A model generated the notes under the pieces. The model worked only from the letters and a program-made list of their open reading frames with translations, was not told where the DNA came from and searched no databases. The position numbers and the translations under genes are program-made. DNA of 64,000 nt, taken from Histomonas meleagridis 2922-C6/04-290x (taxonomy: Eukaryota > Protista > Parabasalia). This document shows positions 1 to 11,380 of the stretch, piece by piece (position 1 is the first letter of the stretch; every line of letters starts with the position of its first letter). The stretch is from positions 1 through 64,000 of the forward strand of contig JAANOX010000084.1 of the NCBI GenBank assembly GCA_020184695.1, given 5' to 3'.

Positions 1-602
1 TTTTTCAAACACTTCAAATTTTTACATATGCCAAAAAGCAGAAGCAAAGAAGGACTTGCTGGTACACGCAAAGCGGAAGTTTCAATTTTCGAAATCATTA
101 CCAATTTTTTTTAATTTTTTGAAATTTTTCAACAGAGTTCACTAAATACCATTCAGATGTAAAATCCATCTCTAACAATATGTATGCGGTTTCAATGATC
201 CATGTTTCAGCCCCCGAGCGAAAACATTTAGAATCAGATTTTTCATACTCTCGAAAAAAACATAATGAAAACATTACATTTGATCAAAATAACCTTCCTC
301 TACAAACCTTGGATAAACATTATGATGATATCTATTTATTACATTGGGAACTACTTATCCTTTGATGCACCTATTTTGAACGAATTGTATTCAGTTGTTT
401 ACTTCACATTAATACAATTTTTTCAATGTTCTAGATTTATATATATATATTTTATTCATTATTAACGGTTTATATCAAATTCCTTCAGAAAAATTCAACT
501 TCTGAATTCAGAAAAAAGTTTATCAAAAAGATGATAAATTGAAAACAAAAGAAAACAAAACGAAAAATGTTTTTGTTTTTGTTCTTTTTTTCATGAATTC
601 TT

Positions 603-1288
603 ATCAAAACATTTGTTGTTTGTGTCAATTTTAGTAATTCAGTAGCAAACATTGAATTATCAGCATTTTCGCAAATGTTATAATAAAATTTGGTACATTT
701 ACAGTTAATGATTATAAAGAAGGAGAATGTACATCATTATTTACTCATTCATTTCCGAATTCAAACACATTCACTAATTCTAACACCTTCAATAGATCAA
801 ATACATTTACGAAATCACTTCAAAGAGATATGACTTTATCTTTTTCTTATATATTAACGATTTCAATATCGTTTACGCATTCATTTGCCATATATGAAAC
901 ACAAACGAAATCATTCTCGTTGTTTATAAGTCATTCAACATTTTCATATATTGAAACTGAATTTATCTTTTATGATTACACATTTGTTATTTACTCGACG
1001 TATTATAATTATTATTCAAATTATTACACATATATAAGTTATAGTATAAATGAATCATCGAATGGAATTACAACTCCAGCTTTAATTGGAATAATTTGTG
1101 GATCAATTGCATTTGTTTTAATAATTATTGGAATTGTTATATTTTTAGTTAAATATAACAATAAAAAAGATAAAACTACTCCAAAATTACATTTCAAAGA
1201 TTCAACAACATCAAGTACAAAACAAAGTGAAAATGTAAATTATTTAGTTGCAGATATTGTTAAAGAAGATGAAGATAATTGGTTATAA
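603..1288 (+). pseudogene. Truncated, frameshifted BspA-like surface protein remnant (S/T-F stalk repeats, transmembrane helix, cytoplasmic tail)
   Basis: The frame of ORF 830-1288 is open back to about 656 (SIFANVIIKFGTF...SNTFTNSNTF). Its TM segment LIGIICGSIAFVLIIIGIVIFLVK closely matches the TM of the BspA at 41582-43897. An LRR-like piece (SVANIELSAF) lies in another frame at about 603-680. Confidence 0.6.
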
Positions 1289-1667
1289 TGCAAATATATA
1301 ATAAAAATTAATTATTTTTATTTTGTGATAATATAAATTTAATATATAAGAATTTGAAATATTTTTATATGTGATTTGGTAATTTTTTAATAATCAATGG
1401 ATGTTATTAAATGCACATACAAAAAAGATATTTAGGGATCAGAAACTGATAATATTTTTATGTCACCAGATCTGCTTTCAACCTCATTAGAGCACTAATA
1501 TTTCTTAATGATTGGCAACCTTATGATTTTGCAATTGCTTTCATATTTATTTATTCATTTTTTGAAATTAACGTACGATTTTCGACCGTTTATTCATCAT
1601 TGTCCTTTTCTATTTTTTTTAAACGTTAATGATTCATTGAACGTTTAATTCTGGAGAAAAAAAACAA

Positions 1668-3446
1668 ATGTTTCAAGATAAAAACAGCAAAAAAAATATA
1701 CAATATGAAGCTGGAAATGAAATAATGGAAAATTTTAGTCCAGAGTTAAAAAATTTTATAAATGATCTTGAAGAAGATTCACGTCTTCTTCTTGATATGA
1801 ATACAAATTCTTTAATTCCAAAGGAAATGTTGTTTAAGTTTGCAATATCAGAATATAAAAATGCTATTGAATATTTTCTTACGAAGAGAATTGATAAATT
1901 CGTACGTTGTTTTTTAAATGAAATAACAGAAGATGAATATGAAACATTGCTTGATAAAATCTCCATTTTTAACCATAAAATTCAATTTTTTAAGAATACC
2001 TATTTTATGTATAACATTTCATTAGATATTCAACAGAAAAGTGATATTATTTCAAAGTTACTCAACACCAAAAATCCATTATCGAATTATCAAGTAAATG
2101 AATTTATTTTATTTTTATATGAAATTCATTTTCTTACAATCGATTCAATTGAACAAATTTCATTTAAAAACAATTTTTTAGATTTAAGGGACTTTTATTC
2201 CTATATAATCTTCATAAAAGAAATGTTTCCATCTGAAATTTATAAAATCATATTCACCAAAATCATTTCTAGCATTGTAATTCCAATTGAAGAATATCTC
2301 AATGAGATTCCAAATTTATTGGAAAGTATTAATATCCTCTTTTATATTTTCAGTATACAAAATAAAGAAAATATATTTTATGAATTTTTAGAAACGTTTC
2401 TTCGGAAATCAGAAAATTTAATTGAAACAATAATAAAAATCCTTTTAATAGACGAATTGCCAACGAAAATAATATATTTTATTCATAGTTATGTCAAAAA
2501 GTTTGATAATCATGAGTTTTCTTCATTGCTTTCATATCATATTAATCATCGCTTTTTAACATTAAAAAATTATATATTACAAAATGAGCTCAACATTTTG
2601 TTAACACTTTTTTATGATGTTCAAACTTCTGATATATTTATCATCTTATATAAAGAATTACTTTTAAGGCGATTAATATTGGGGAAAAAATACACAAAAG
2701 ATGCTGATATACGTTTTCTTAAATTATTAAATAATAATTTATTAAATTCCATTATAAATGATTTTAATTATCAAAATAACTTTGTAACTTCAAATTCAAA
2801 AGATTTATTACGTTTTTGTGTTTTAAATTCTTCTTTTTTCATTACGGAAAATCATCTTTTTAACTTAACATTTCCTTTAAATCTTGTTAATTCAATAAAA
2901 ACTTTCGAAGATAATTATAATAAAATTCATGCAAATGTTGTTTTGTATTGGGATTTTACTTTATCGTTATGTACATTAAAAGTTCATAATATCGGAAATT
3001 TAAATACGATTAAATGTAACGCAGAATTCGGAATTTTATTAATTGCACTTAATACTGCGAACGATAGATATGATATATCGAAGCAAACAAATTTACCAAA
3101 TGATACATTAGAGAAAATGTTAAATTATTTAAATAAGATTCAACTAATAAAATTTAATAAAAGTATCATAAGGTTAAATAAAGGTTTCGCGGAAGAAAAT
3201 TTAATCATTCCAAATTTATCGAATATGATTAATGTTCCTCACGAAAGTTATAATGTTCCACAAATAGATTCATTAATCGTAAGATATTTAAAAATTAATA
3301 AAAAGGTTAAAATTGACCATTTGTATAAAATCGTTGATGATAATTTAAATATACCAAAAAATGTTTTCTACGATAGAATTAATTCTTTGATTAAAAAAGA
3401 ATTTATTAAGAAAGATGAAAATGATTTCGTTGAAATTAATTTTTGA
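1668..3446 (+). CDS. Divergent cullin-family protein (cullin homology domain plus C-terminal winged-helix/neddylation domain)
   Basis: LYKELLLRRLI and LYWDFTLSLCTL cullin-like segments. The C-terminal IDSLIVRYLKINK...RINSLIKKEFIKKD resembles the cullin IDAAIVRIMK...RIESLIEREY motif. Confidence 0.7.
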   Translation: MFQDKNSKKNIQYEAGNEIMENFSPELKNFINDLEEDSRLLLDMNTNSLIPKEMLFKFAISEYKNAIEYFLTKRIDKFVRCFLNEITEDEYETLLDKISIFNHKIQFFKNTYFMYNISLDIQQKSDIISKLLNTKNPLSNYQVNEFILFLYEIHFLTIDSIEQISFKNNFLDLRDFYSYIIFIKEMFPSEIYKIIFTKIISSIVIPIEEYLNEIPNLLESINILFYIFSIQNKENIFYEFLETFLRKSENLIETIIKILLIDELPTKIIYFIHSYVKKFDNHEFSSLLSYHINHRFLTLKNYILQNELNILLTLFYDVQTSDIFIILYKELLLRRLILGKKYTKDADIRFLKLLNNNLLNSIINDFNYQNNFVTSNSKDLLRFCVLNSSFFITENHLFNLTFPLNLVNSIKTFEDNYNKIHANVVLYWDFTLSLCTLKVHNIGNLNTIKCNAEFGILLIALNTANDRYDISKQTNLPNDTLEKMLNYLNKIQLIKFNKSIIRLNKGFAEENLIIPNLSNMINVPHESYNVPQIDSLIVRYLKINKKVKIDHLYKIVDDNLNIPKNVFYDRINSLIKKEFIKKDENDFVEINF

Positions 3447-3845
3447 TTTTTTATAAAAATTAAAGTAAAGTGTTATTAAAACCTAAAAATGATCACTTTA
3501 TATAAATAAAACTTTTGTTGTATTTAAGGGTTGGCACTTTGTTCAGTAGTAAACCAATCTATGAATGATTTGAATAAATTTTTGATTTTGTTGAATTTTT
3601 TTGTTTTCTAAAAGCTGAAACCAAACTTGTTTTTCCCAATAGTTTGTAGATGCATTTCAAGTGTTTGTGATAAATCACAGACAAGAGTAAAAACAAGGTT
3701 TTTGAAATTTTTAATTAATTCGTACTGATATGAAACGGTTTTCCTTCCAAATAAACTATATAAAATTGAGACCGAATGTAAAGTCGTTTATCTGTTGCTG
3801 AATAACACTTTAGTTGTAAATCATTAAATTTATTACTCAATAAAA

Positions 3846-5415
3846 TTGCCAGTAAAACCAGTAAAAAGAATCTTTACATATGTTAAAAACTCTCCAAAAT
3901 ATCACATTAAACATGAACGAAAGACTTCAATATTTATTTTGACTTTTTGCAGGCAATTGAAGCAAAAGAAAAAGAATTATTTAAAATTGATTCCAATATT
4001 TTTGATATTTTTTCACATATTCTTCTTATCAAAACAACCCAAGAATCAGATTATCTTTTAGAAAAGCTCTATGAGAAAATATTATTAGTGATGAAATTCT
4101 TAAGCGCAAAAATTCATTTTATTTTGCACAATACAAAACTTTAGATGAACTCAAAAATAATGAATATGAACCTTTTTCAGAACAATTTTTAGATAATTAT
4201 GAAGAACTTTCAAAGAATGATTGGGAACTCCATAAGAAATACATTACAGAAGGAGTTAATCCGAATGAAATTGCGAAAATAATTCGAAATGATGAAATCG
4301 AAAAGCTTCAAGAAATATCATCACACGAAAATTTTGATTTTAATCAAATTATTGAACCATCACTTTATGAAAGTTGTTCATTTATTAATCAAAGCAATGT
4401 TACATTAATTGAATATGCAGCATTTTTTTCTTCAGTTGAATGTTTTAAATTTTTACTTATGAATAATGCAAAAATAGAAAAAACAGGTAAATATGCAATT
4501 GCAGGTGGAAATGAAGAAATCATTCATTTATGTGAGCAAAATCATTCATCATTTGAAGGAGCATATTCAGCAGCAATTGAATTCCATCGCAGTGATATTA
4601 TGCAATATTTACATGAAAACGAAATTTTAGACGTAAGATATATTGCCGAATTTGGAAGACAATGCATTTATCATAATAACTATGAACTTTTCAGATATTT
4701 CAAAGATGAAGGAATGGAAATCGATGATACTTTCATAAATGAAGCAGCAAAGAATGGAAATATATTTCTTGTTCAATATTTTAATGAAGAAGTTCAAATA
4801 GCAAATGATGTTTTAGTAGCAGCTTCAAAATCGGGTAATTTAGAATTAGTTAAATATCTTATAACACAAAAGAAAATCAATGTAAATGTTAAAGATATTA
4901 AATATTTTTATTAAATGTTAATTTTGTAGAAAATGGATTTCTTTAAAATATTTAATTTTTATTGGTATTGTTTGATACAGCACTTATAGTCGCATCTGAA
5001 TATGGGAATACTGAATTAGTTAAATTTCTTCTCGAACAAGAAGATATTAATGTTAGTTCAAGAAATGTTTTTTAGTTTTGTATAAAATATCTTTCTAAAA
5101 TTTGATATATTTTAATAATATTTGGATTTAATTGAAATCATTTAAAACAGCACTTATAAATGCATCTGAAAATGGTCACATAGAAATAGTTAAATTACTT
5201 ATTAAACAAGATGGAATCAACATCAATGCTAGAGATATGAATTTGAATTGTTTAATATTTATTTGAATAATATAGAATTTCAAAATAATATTTGGAATTT
5301 ATTTATAGTTCGTTATACTGCAATTAAAGCCGCTGCTGATAAAAATATCGAGATATTGCTCCAAAATTTAAAGAAAAGAATGACTCTTCAGCAAAATAAA
5401 CGCTCAAAAAAATGA
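3846..5415 (+). pseudogene. DUF3447-ankyrin family gene copy 1: frameshifted N-terminus, three spacer-interrupted ankyrin repeats
   Basis: Frame 1 from 4075 reads ENIISDEIL...KNDWELHKKYITEGVNPNEIAKIIRNDEIEKLQEISS...YAAFFSSVECFKFLL...GKYAIAGGNEEII. There is a frameshift near 4075-4081. Ankyrin blocks start at 4977, 5147 and 5317, and the stop is TGA at 5413-5415. Confidence 0.75.
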
Positions 5416-5475
5416 AAAAAAAATACATAATAAATCTAGTCATTATCAATAAATAAAAGTTTGCTTTTTTAATAC

Positions 5476-5499
5476 TTTTTTTTTTTTTTTTTTTTTTTT
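5476..5499. repeat. Poly(T)24 tract
   Basis: Uninterrupted run of 24 T. Confidence 0.9.
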
Positions 5500-5850
5500 G
5501 CTGATGAGAGGTAATTAAAGTTAGTGACTATACGAGCATATGATTAAGTTCATATAGTTATGGCAGATCAAGCAGAGTTAGTGCTTAATGTGTTAGTTAT
5601 AAAGTGCCCAGTACTCAATTGATATTCTCAGCAAATATCCAAAGGATTTGAAGAAAAGAGAATTACTTCTAGTGAAACAACTCGGTGTAATTACATTATT
5701 AATCCAATGCAAAATATTTCTAACACTGAAATTGAGTCACATCTCGCAAGAAAATCAATTTCTGAAAAGAAGAAATGAAAATGAACTACAGTAAAAACAC
5801 ACATAAATTTAATCCAACAATTATCATCCGAATTCTATCAAAAAAAAAAA

Positions 5851-6963
5851 TTAGTTATAACATTTATTTAATATAAAAGATACTCCATATTCATCATACT
5901 CATCTTTTTTAACATAAAACTGGTTATATCTTGACAACGATGCAAAAATGCTTGCGCCAATCCAACTTGACATGTATCTCTCCGGAGGGGAATAAACTCT
6001 AAATTTTATGCATTTGTTTTTCATTTTCTTTTTTAGTTCTTTCTCAAATCTTTCCACTAAACCTTCCGCAATCGAAGAGCCGCCCATCACGAAAATTTCA
6101 TGACATATTTTCCCCCTTATTTCTTCGTCTACGCTCATTATCGAATCGTATAAAGTTTCTACAATTCCTTTTTGATTAAATCCATTCGATTGATTTCGGA
6201 ATATTTGCTCATAACAAACAAATCGTTCATATGAAAGTGTTATTTCGTGAGAGTCAACAGTAATTGTTTTATCACATTCATTGGTCGTTTTGGCTTTGAT
6301 TAGTTCGGTATCAAAGTCTTCTGCAACATATGATGATGATCGTTTAATGTGATCAATTGTGTTCTTGGTCGGATCATTAAACGTATATCCTCGTTCAGAA
6401 AGAAGTTCCTCAAGCATTTGCTTGATGTCGACACCAGAAATGCGGAGTTCAGATGATGATGTAATTGATGATCCTTTATATAATGGGACAATTTGTGTAG
6501 TGCCTTCACCAATGTTTATGACTAGACCAGTCACACACCCCTCGGCAAAGAGGTCAAAATGACATTGATTCCCTGAGTAAAAATATTGAAAATTATACTT
6601 TTCAAACATGATCTCAGACATTTTACCTCTGTTAATCTTAGGATTGAGGAGATTATCAACAAGAAGTACGGATCCACCTGAGGATATATGAAAATAAGTT
6701 TCAATTTGTTTAAAAATATCATCCCATATTATTTCCATGTCTTCCCAGTTCTTGATGACACCTCGCTCAATCGGTTTTTTAACTTTACTTGTTTTTTCAC
6801 AATAACCAACATAATACGAATTTTGCTTTTTGGTATCATTTGGATAACAAATCATTGTACAATCACATACTCTGGGATCATCGTCACCTGAAACTCCAGA
6901 CCTTATGTAATATGTTCCAGCATCTATGATTTTTGTAATCAAATCACCATATTCATCATACAT
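5851..6963 (-). CDS. Divergent actin / actin-related protein
   Basis: Actin-fold motifs IIDAGTYYIRSG, IERGVIKNWEDMEIIW, TGLVINIGEGTTQIVP, FVMGGSS, PPERYMSSWIGASIFASL and EYDEYG. Confidence 0.9.
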   Translation of the reverse strand: MYDEYGDLITKIIDAGTYYIRSGVSGDDDPRVCDCTMICYPNDTKKQNSYYVGYCEKTSKVKKPIERGVIKNWEDMEIIWDDIFKQIETYFHISSGGSVLLVDNLLNPKINRGKMSEIMFEKYNFQYFYSGNQCHFDLFAEGCVTGLVINIGEGTTQIVPLYKGSSITSSSELRISGVDIKQMLEELLSERGYTFNDPTKNTIDHIKRSSSYVAEDFDTELIKAKTTNECDKTITVDSHEITLSYERFVCYEQIFRNQSNGFNQKGIVETLYDSIMSVDEEIRGKICHEIFVMGGSSIAEGLVERFEKELKKKMKNKCIKFRVYSPPERYMSSWIGASIFASLSRYNQFYVKKDEYDEYGVSFILNKCYN

Positions 6964-7967
6964 TTAAATGGCAGTATGTCAAAACCGTAAAATAATTTAA
7001 AACAAAAATATATTGGAAAATATTCATTATTATATAGTTATTTCAATAAAATAATTTATACATAAGTTGGTAATTATAATTTTAGATTTGTATTAAAATT
7101 TAAGAAAATCAATAAATATTGATTTTTTTGATTTATTTGTAAAAAAGCAATTTTTTTACATGAGCGATTTAGTATCTCCAATATATTATTCAATTTTTCG
7201 AAAAAATTTCGGAATTATATATATTAGTGTTGATATTAAATAAATATTATTTTTATGACACCAAATTCTGAAAGCAAAAATTGACTACATAATTAGTTGT
7301 TGACTAATAATATACTATGATAACAATTATTTGATATTTTATATGTTTGATTAAAATCGATCCTGACAATTTTCAAAAATTTTTGTTTTTTCATATGAGT
7401 AATTTTCATGTTTTTTTTTACTAAGTCTGTTAGATATTTGAGAAATTTAACGGCCGCTAAATTTTCTCGATAACTTGCCGAAAAATCATTTATATGATAC
7501 GACAATATCTCGTTCTGACAAATGAAAACTACCTAATATGATTAATTAAACAAAAAATTTTTGACAATATGGCGGTAAAATTGTAATCCTTAAAATCTAT
7601 TCATGAATTCAAAATATTAAAATGGAAATATCTTGAAATTATCATGATGATTTTCAAAAATACGAGAATTTTTAGAAAAGAATACTTGGATATGATGTTA
7701 TAGGAAAATAAGTTCACTAACAAAATATCAATAACGGCTTTCTGCAACTTACATTGAAATCGAAGTGACCGTTACAAGAGAGACCGTTATTATTAGTGCA
7801 CCCTATTAATTGAGATAAATTCGGCCGTTTATTTTTGCACAATCCGAAAATTCACATCAGAATGTATTTCATAGCAGAAACTTCTTAAAACAACAAAATT
7901 CTATAACATATTTGCACATACTGTCGCCTTTCTATTGTATACTGGAAATTTTTGGAAAGTTTTTTAT

Positions 7968-9134
7968 TTATGTTAATTCAATGATAACAGCAGTTGATCC
8001 ACCGCCACCATTGCAAAGTGTTGCCAATCCAATTCTCTTTCCCTTTGCTTTAAGGGCAGAAATTAATGTGTTTACAATTCTAAGACCAGAACATCCAAGT
8101 GGATGACCGATTGCAATTGCACCACCGAAGACGTTGACCTTTTCTTCTGGTACTCCTGTTTCCTTCATGAACAACAAAGGTGCCACAGCAAAAGCCTCGT
8201 TAACTTCGAACAAATCGATATCTTCAAATTTCATCTTTGCCTTTTCCAAAACTTTCTTAGCTGCCAACACAGGAGCGCAGATGAACTCTGCTGGATCACA
8301 ACCTACGTCTGTGTAAGCTATAATTTTTGCGATCGGCTTCAATGAGTGTTCCTTAAGATAACTTTCTGAGACTAAAACCATTGCAACGCCACCATCAGAT
8401 ATCGCTGACGCGTTCGCAGCAGTAATTGTTCCGTCTTTGACAAAACACGGCCGTAAAGTCGGCACTTTTTCTACGATGAGTTTCGGAATTATTTCGTCGG
8501 TTTTGACACCGTTAAACTCGATGATGTCCAAAAAACCGCTTGCCCAACCTTCTTTAGCTCTCGCGAAAGATTGGATTGCATAGCGGTCTTGTTCCTCGCG
8601 AGTGATTCCGTATTTAGCTGCAACATGATCTGCTAATGCGCCCATATGAATGTTGTTAAAGGAATCCCATAACCCATCAACAATCATTCCATCTTCCGCT
8701 GTTACTTCGTCTTTGAATTTGATTGTTCCCATTTTTTGGATTTTTCTGGCATTTCGGACAAGATGTGGTGCAAGTGTCATGTTTTCCATACCAACAACAA
8801 CAGCAGTGTTAACTTCACCATACTTGATATCTTGTGCTGCTAATGTTAAAGCTTTTAATGATGAACAACATACTTTGTTGATTGTTGTACATGGAACAGT
8901 ATTTGGTAAACCAGCTTCTAGAGAACATTGTTTGGCTGGGTTTTGACCAATTCCGGCTGATATAACATTCCCTGCATATAGTTCATCTATATCATTTGGT
9001 GAAACACCTGAACGAGCCAAGCATTCTTTTGCTGCAACAGCACCAAGCTTCGGGGCAGGGACTTCAGCAAAACCACCAGAAATAGAAGCGCCAAGTGGCG
9101 TTCTAACCGAACCAACAATGTAAACAGTTGTCAT
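7968..9134 (-). CDS. Acetyl-CoA acetyltransferase (thiolase II)
   Basis: NKVCCSS (catalytic Cys), NEAFA, GHPLGCSG and CNGGG motifs. Start moved to ATG 9134 (MTTVYIVGSVRTP), which is preceded by AAAGTGAC. Confidence 0.95.
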   Translation of the reverse strand: MTTVYIVGSVRTPLGASISGGFAEVPAPKLGAVAAKECLARSGVSPNDIDELYAGNVISAGIGQNPAKQCSLEAGLPNTVPCTTINKVCCSSLKALTLAAQDIKYGEVNTAVVVGMENMTLAPHLVRNARKIQKMGTIKFKDEVTAEDGMIVDGLWDSFNNIHMGALADHVAAKYGITREEQDRYAIQSFARAKEGWASGFLDIIEFNGVKTDEIIPKLIVEKVPTLRPCFVKDGTITAANASAISDGGVAMVLVSESYLKEHSLKPIAKIIAYTDVGCDPAEFICAPVLAAKKVLEKAKMKFEDIDLFEVNEAFAVAPLLFMKETGVPEEKVNVFGGAIAIGHPLGCSGLRIVNTLISALKAKGKRIGLATLCNGGGGSTAVIIELT

Positions 9135-9708
9135 TTTAATGTCACTTTTATTAAGTTTTATTATTTGGGGGTGCCCCATTTGGTTTTCTGCTCCTTTTTG
9201 CGGTATTTTTACATCATTATTATGAACATTTTCTTTTTCTTTGTTTTCTTGTGAAATTTTACATGGGGTGTGTTGTATCGCCAATAATATCTTTGTTATA
9301 GAATTATTTTTTCTTTTTCTGTTTTATTTAAAAATAGATCAGATACAATTATTTGTTATCAATTGATGAAATTGACAATAAATTGTATATAATTATATTG
9401 CATTTTTATTGGCTTCGGTGAAAAAAACATTTGTCTCATACATTCTATATAAATCTATAATACATTTTTGAAAAAATTAAAATCAGATAAATTTTTTCTG
9501 CTGCTAAAAGCCTTTCATTTTGATTTAGTGATGTCGTCCTAAAAATCATCCATTTGTCGCTATTGTAATTTAATTGCAATCTGATTCTTGCCATAATTTT
9601 ATCACCGTTTTCAATATTTGAGTTGGAAAAATGATCACATTGAAAAATTGAATTAAATTCAGGAACAATTCTGTTGTCTCAAATGTTCTGTTGAGGCTCT
9701 GTCATTTT

Positions 9709-10188
9709 ATGTCCAAGCAAATCCCACCTCGAACCAAGTTCACCCAGCTCGAAGACAACAAACTCATCAAAATATTAAACAATATGAGTAAGGTTAACTG
9801 GAAAGCTGTGGCAAAACAAATGGAGGGAAGAACACCACGTCAATGTCGCGAAAGATACAACAACTACCTATCTCCAAACATAAGAAACTCTCCATGGACA
9901 CCCGAAGAAGATGCAATTCTCATCCAAAAATACAGGGAATTTGGTCCGAAATGGTCTTTTTTAGCTCAATTCTTCGACAAAAGAGGTCCTGTTAGCCTCA
10001 AAAACCGACATGCAAAACTCATATACCAATCCTCGAAACAAAAGAACATAGTAACTACTCAGAAAGAACTTGTTTTACCCATTTTCAAAGAAAAGATTTT
10101 TAATGATGATTTCGATTTTGCAAACGATTTCTTCATTGACCCATTCGGAGACGCAGACGATGATTTCACGAGCTTTATAGACTTTTGA
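9709..10188 (+). CDS. R2R3 Myb-like DNA-binding protein
   Basis: FTQLEDNKL...WKAVAKQMEGRTPRQCRERYNNYLSP...WTPEEDAILIQKYREFGPKWS. The ATG at 9709 follows an Inr-like TCATTT. Confidence 0.93.
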   Translation: MSKQIPPRTKFTQLEDNKLIKILNNMSKVNWKAVAKQMEGRTPRQCRERYNNYLSPNIRNSPWTPEEDAILIQKYREFGPKWSFLAQFFDKRGPVSLKNRHAKLIYQSSKQKNIVTTQKELVLPIFKEKIFNDDFDFANDFFIDPFGDADDDFTSFIDF

Positions 10189-10501
10189 ATCGAGAAAGAA
10201 CGACTTTCACCCTTATATGGCCGTTCCCATACATTGAATTCCAATAAACAAAAATTCACCACAATTTTGGAATGACGGATTTAAATTGAATGATGAACAC
10301 CAAACTATATTGAAAAAATTCAGAAAGATATCGTTCGTTCTTTTGAAAAATCTAGTGCCATAAACGTTAGTGACGGTTGTGATTTTATCACCACCGTTCG
10401 AAGTTCCTTGACAAATTCTGTTTTATGAAATTTTATTTTAAGTAAAAAAGTTTTATTTCATTTGAATTGATAAAATTTTAAATAATTTTTGTCAAAATTT
10501 T

Positions 10502-11380
10502 TCAATCGAAATTTATGCTTGTTGGTGGACGTCTCCCGTTTCTTAATGGCCTTCTTCTTACAGCAACAGGAGGGATAATAACTTCCTCTGGTAATTTTTC
10601 TTTTTTATATTTTTTGGATGGAATATTTTTCTTCTTTCTATGGAAAAAGCTAAAGAATTTCCATTTAAATTTCTTTTTAGGCTTTTCTTCTTTCTTTTCT
10701 GGTTTAATTGTTTTAGTCTGAGGAATATTCATATTTGGAGGAATTGGACTTTGATTTATTTTCATTGAATATATTTTCTCGATTCCAGATGCTTTTAATA
10801 ATTCTTTTTTCTCTGTAAATGTAAGTTTGTTTTCCTTTTCTATATTTTGTGTTTGGTTTTCACTATTTGATTTTGATGTTTCACTTTCATCATTAATCTT
10901 TTCATCCGAATTTTGTTCCTCTTCAAATATATTTATAACTTCTTCTTCGTCATCTAGTTTAGGAGGTAAAGGACAAGAAGATGGAATTTGAGGGCATTTA
11001 TGAATTTGTTTTATAGGTTTTATATAAGTATTAGTTCTTACTTTTTGGATAATATGCTTATGTATTATTCGGAGCTTCATGAATGTAAATTGTATCCCCA
11101 TTGCTTTATATGATTTTAAAGCATTAGGACATAAGTCCTTTTCATTAACTTCATTAAGTTCTTGGGAGTTTTCATTGGAGTTTTGATTAACATTTGGTGT
11201 GCTTTCCTCAGATGATTGAATAATATTTGGTGAATCGTCTTCATCATTCGATTTTAAGGTGTCAATAATAATATTTTCAGATTTACTTGAATGACTTGTG
11301 TTAGACATGTTATCTATTTTAATTTGATTATCTAGACATTCACTAGTGTCTTGCATTGCATCTTGATTTTCATTATTCAT
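10502..11380 (-). CDS. Hypothetical low-complexity protein (acidic and Lys-rich)
   Basis: Open frame of about 290 codons from ATG 11380, with no recognisable domain. Confidence 0.6.
   Translation of the reverse strand: MNNENQDAMQDTSECLDNQIKIDNMSNTSHSSKSENIIIDTLKSNDEDDSPNIIQSSEESTPNVNQNSNENSQELNEVNEKDLCPNALKSYKAMGIQFTFMKLRIIHKHIIQKVRTNTYIKPIKQIHKCPQIPSSCPLPPKLDDEEEVINIFEEEQNSDEKINDESETSKSNSENQTQNIEKENKLTFTEKKELLKASGIEKIYSMKINQSPIPPNMNIPQTKTIKPEKKEEKPKKKFKWKFFSFFHRKKKNIPSKKYKKEKLPEEVIIPPVAVRRRPLRNGRRPPTSINFD

Noticed and set aside
541-592. Inverted repeat of A/C-rich and T/G-rich tracts
   Set aside because: Low-complexity and imperfect, as expected by chance in this composition.
5501-5560. 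Hammerhead ribozyme (CTGATGAG)
   Set aside because: No stem II followed by GAAA and no flanking stems could be found.
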